Source: Haplodiscus bocki
Lineage: Eukaryota
Direction: 5' to 3'
DNA: 64,000 nt
Assembly: GCA_965655095.1 (NCBI GenBank)
Contig: OZ296648.1
Span: forward strand, 147,126,001 to 147,190,000
The translations under genes and the position numbers were made by a program. The notes under the pieces are model-generated. The model saw only the letters and a list, made by a program, of their open reading frames with translations. It was not told the DNA's origin and searched no databases. This document shows, piece after piece, positions 61,901 through 64,000 of this stretch. The number at the start of each line of letters is the position of its first letter. Positions within the stretch are counted from its first letter, which is position 1.

Positions 61901-63300
61901 CATAATTAACCAAAACCAACGTGAAAAACTTTTTATTGAGAAAAAAATGTGTTTTTTCAGTAGCACAGACTTTTAAGGTTTCCCAAGCGACGTGAAAAAA
62001 AAGCGTCGCCAAACACAAATATTATCCCGTTTCATTTGGTATATTTTCAAAACAAGTTTGATAAGCAGAAGAACCGAAACATGTTTCTAACTGATCTCGA
62101 CTAAAAGGTGCAAATTCCATTTTTTTACCAATGTGGCGTGATAGTCTGCCTCAAGAGACCGTTTTAGAGCAAAATCACGCCCCGGAGGAGGCATATGAAA
62201 AGGGTATGCGCGATAAGCTCAAAGGGCTGATTTCATGCTTCCAAGGGAAACAGACAATGTCAAAAAAAGACCTTATTTCAATGTAAGTACATCTAAGACC
62301 AGCTCTGCTTCAAAATAAGTCAAATATTTTTGTACAGAATAGCTAATGAAAGTCTCTCATCTGTATGGGATTGTTCTTTTGACATTCCGGCTAGTATTTT
62401 GGCTGAAGATTTTTTAGGGCCAAAGACATTGGCAATCTTCGTGTTAGCAACGTAGGAATCGCACTCATGAGATTCATTTGATACGCAGTAAGAACTCAAC
62501 GAAAGAGTTTTATTTTTGAGAAGCGAAAGGCAACTAAGAATGAAACAGAATCGTAATCGAAGTAGATTTGTTGACGGGAAAACAAAACTTTATCGCAGTT
62601 TCTGAGAAAGTGGATTTTGTTGGGAAATTTTTCGAACTGCTCTTCAATGGTAGCCCATTTTTGATTATGAACATCAAAATATTTCATTTTGTGCTTTCCG
62701 AAGCGTTTTTGGTTCTTTTGAGATCAAACAAAAAATTTTGTTGGTGTCTGTACGAAAGCTACGAACGTCAAATTTATTTTCAGCGTTTTCTTCCGCTTTC
62801 TTTCGACATGAGCCAAACATGTCTTTCGAGCCACAACTTCATTGTTGCCGAGAAGAATAACGCCCGCCAAAAGTCGGATAGCTCCAACAACTAGTGCGGC
62901 AAGAGGAGCGGAACGTTCTGATCGGTCATTGGGTTCGGTGTTCACGCCTTTGGATTTACTGGTTCCTTCATGTAAGTTTTCTAGTTCGGCTTTTCCGGAA
63001 ACAGTTCCTCGCTCTACCTGACCAAGAAACCAATTTGACCGTGAAGGCCGTATCATTCGCATTAAATTTCGTTTAAACATTCAAGTCACAAAGTATACTA
63101 GTAATAAACCGAATGCGAGGTAGTGCGGCCGTAACATTTTACGTGGAAAGATCAATGTTCAAGTGAGAAGTTGGAAAGGGAACGAAACATTCAACATTCC
63201 TAAACGTCTGCTAGTAGAAACTTCGTCTTCTGGTTGAACAAGATGCCATTCGCTAAAAAGTCTCTGTTAGTGCTGACAACTGTCAATATCGTAGTAGAAA
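59000..63300 (-). mobile_element. Highly decayed Gypsy-type pol (integrase region) followed by a possible env-like ORF
   Basis: Integrase-like segment IMLAHESYT..KLKGCNRYVVTLSCGR (61616-61966) and a pre-integrase segment at 62400-62700. The Cys-containing DVCRKRLKTR..C..ICHICWLL segment (59770-59970) resembles retroelement env ectodomains. Confidence 0.45.
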
Positions 63301-64000
63301 TGCGTGCGATTGAAGCAAGGTTAGGCCCAAGGAAGAGTTCTAGGATTACGCAGAGCAACCAGAACACTTAGCCGTTTCAACTTCTGTCGTGATTTTCGGG
63401 CCCGGGTTCGCAATTTTGTTTGTAAATTTTAACTTTTGTGTTCCAGGTGATGGTGCTGCTGGTGGTATGTTATTATGTTCATGATTGATTGAATTATACA
63501 CAAAAATGAGTTTTTTTTTCTGAGCTGGAAACCTTTCTACTCTTTTCGTCGTTCTACTGATTCTATAGCAAAATTAAATGATCATTCGATCTTTTCAGAG
63601 CCCAAAAACATGCTTTAAACTGTCAACCTGTTGCGGAAGATGTTTTATTGCCACAATGGCAATATTTTTGTCTGGCTTGACGGCAGGCAAAACTACACAG
63701 CTGTGTCCGCGTCAGAGCGAACAGTCTTTTGGTGAAAGTAAAGAAGAGCCACGTGAAACTGACCGTGGTTGGACAGGAGTATTCATGCGTCTTCTCATGA
63801 CTTCCAACGTGGTTTGCTGTCTAATCTGGCTACATTGTAGACGAAACAATTAGTATAGAAAAAATCAGGACTAATCGTCATCAGAGACATTTAAAGCACT
63901 ACCGGAAGTGAGACACTGACGTGTATTAAGCTTAAAATTACTCACAGTGCAGCTGTAAAAATTGCAAGAAGGTTGTTGAGTTATGCGTTAGCATTTGCTT

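Overview
AT-rich eukaryotic (invertebrate-like) repeat graveyard. I found no recognisable host gene, RNA gene or prokaryotic operon. Main contents: (1) A ~15-kb imperfect palindrome (~3.6-18.6 kb). Each arm carries a frameshifted Polinton/Maverick (adintovirus-type) protein-primed DNA polymerase B, an unknown ~190-aa ORF, a solo LTR and a minisatellite. Arm identity is a patchwork, from apparently identical to clearly diverged. (2) Several decayed Ty3/Gypsy elements, mostly on the minus strand. (3) A structurally complete but pol-less gag+env LTR element (50669-58175, ATTG target-site duplication). Its env fragment resembles chuvirus/gB-type glycoproteins, its LTRs contain an expanding 61-bp satellite, and its left end lies in a recent 2.1-kb tandem duplication. 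(4) hAT and MULE transposase relics plus several MITE/TIR elements. (5) One intact standalone ORF (30618-31277) with SGNH-hydrolase-like motif spacing. All family calls come from motif recognition by eye. Boundaries of decayed elements are approximate and identities are visual estimates, not computed alignments.
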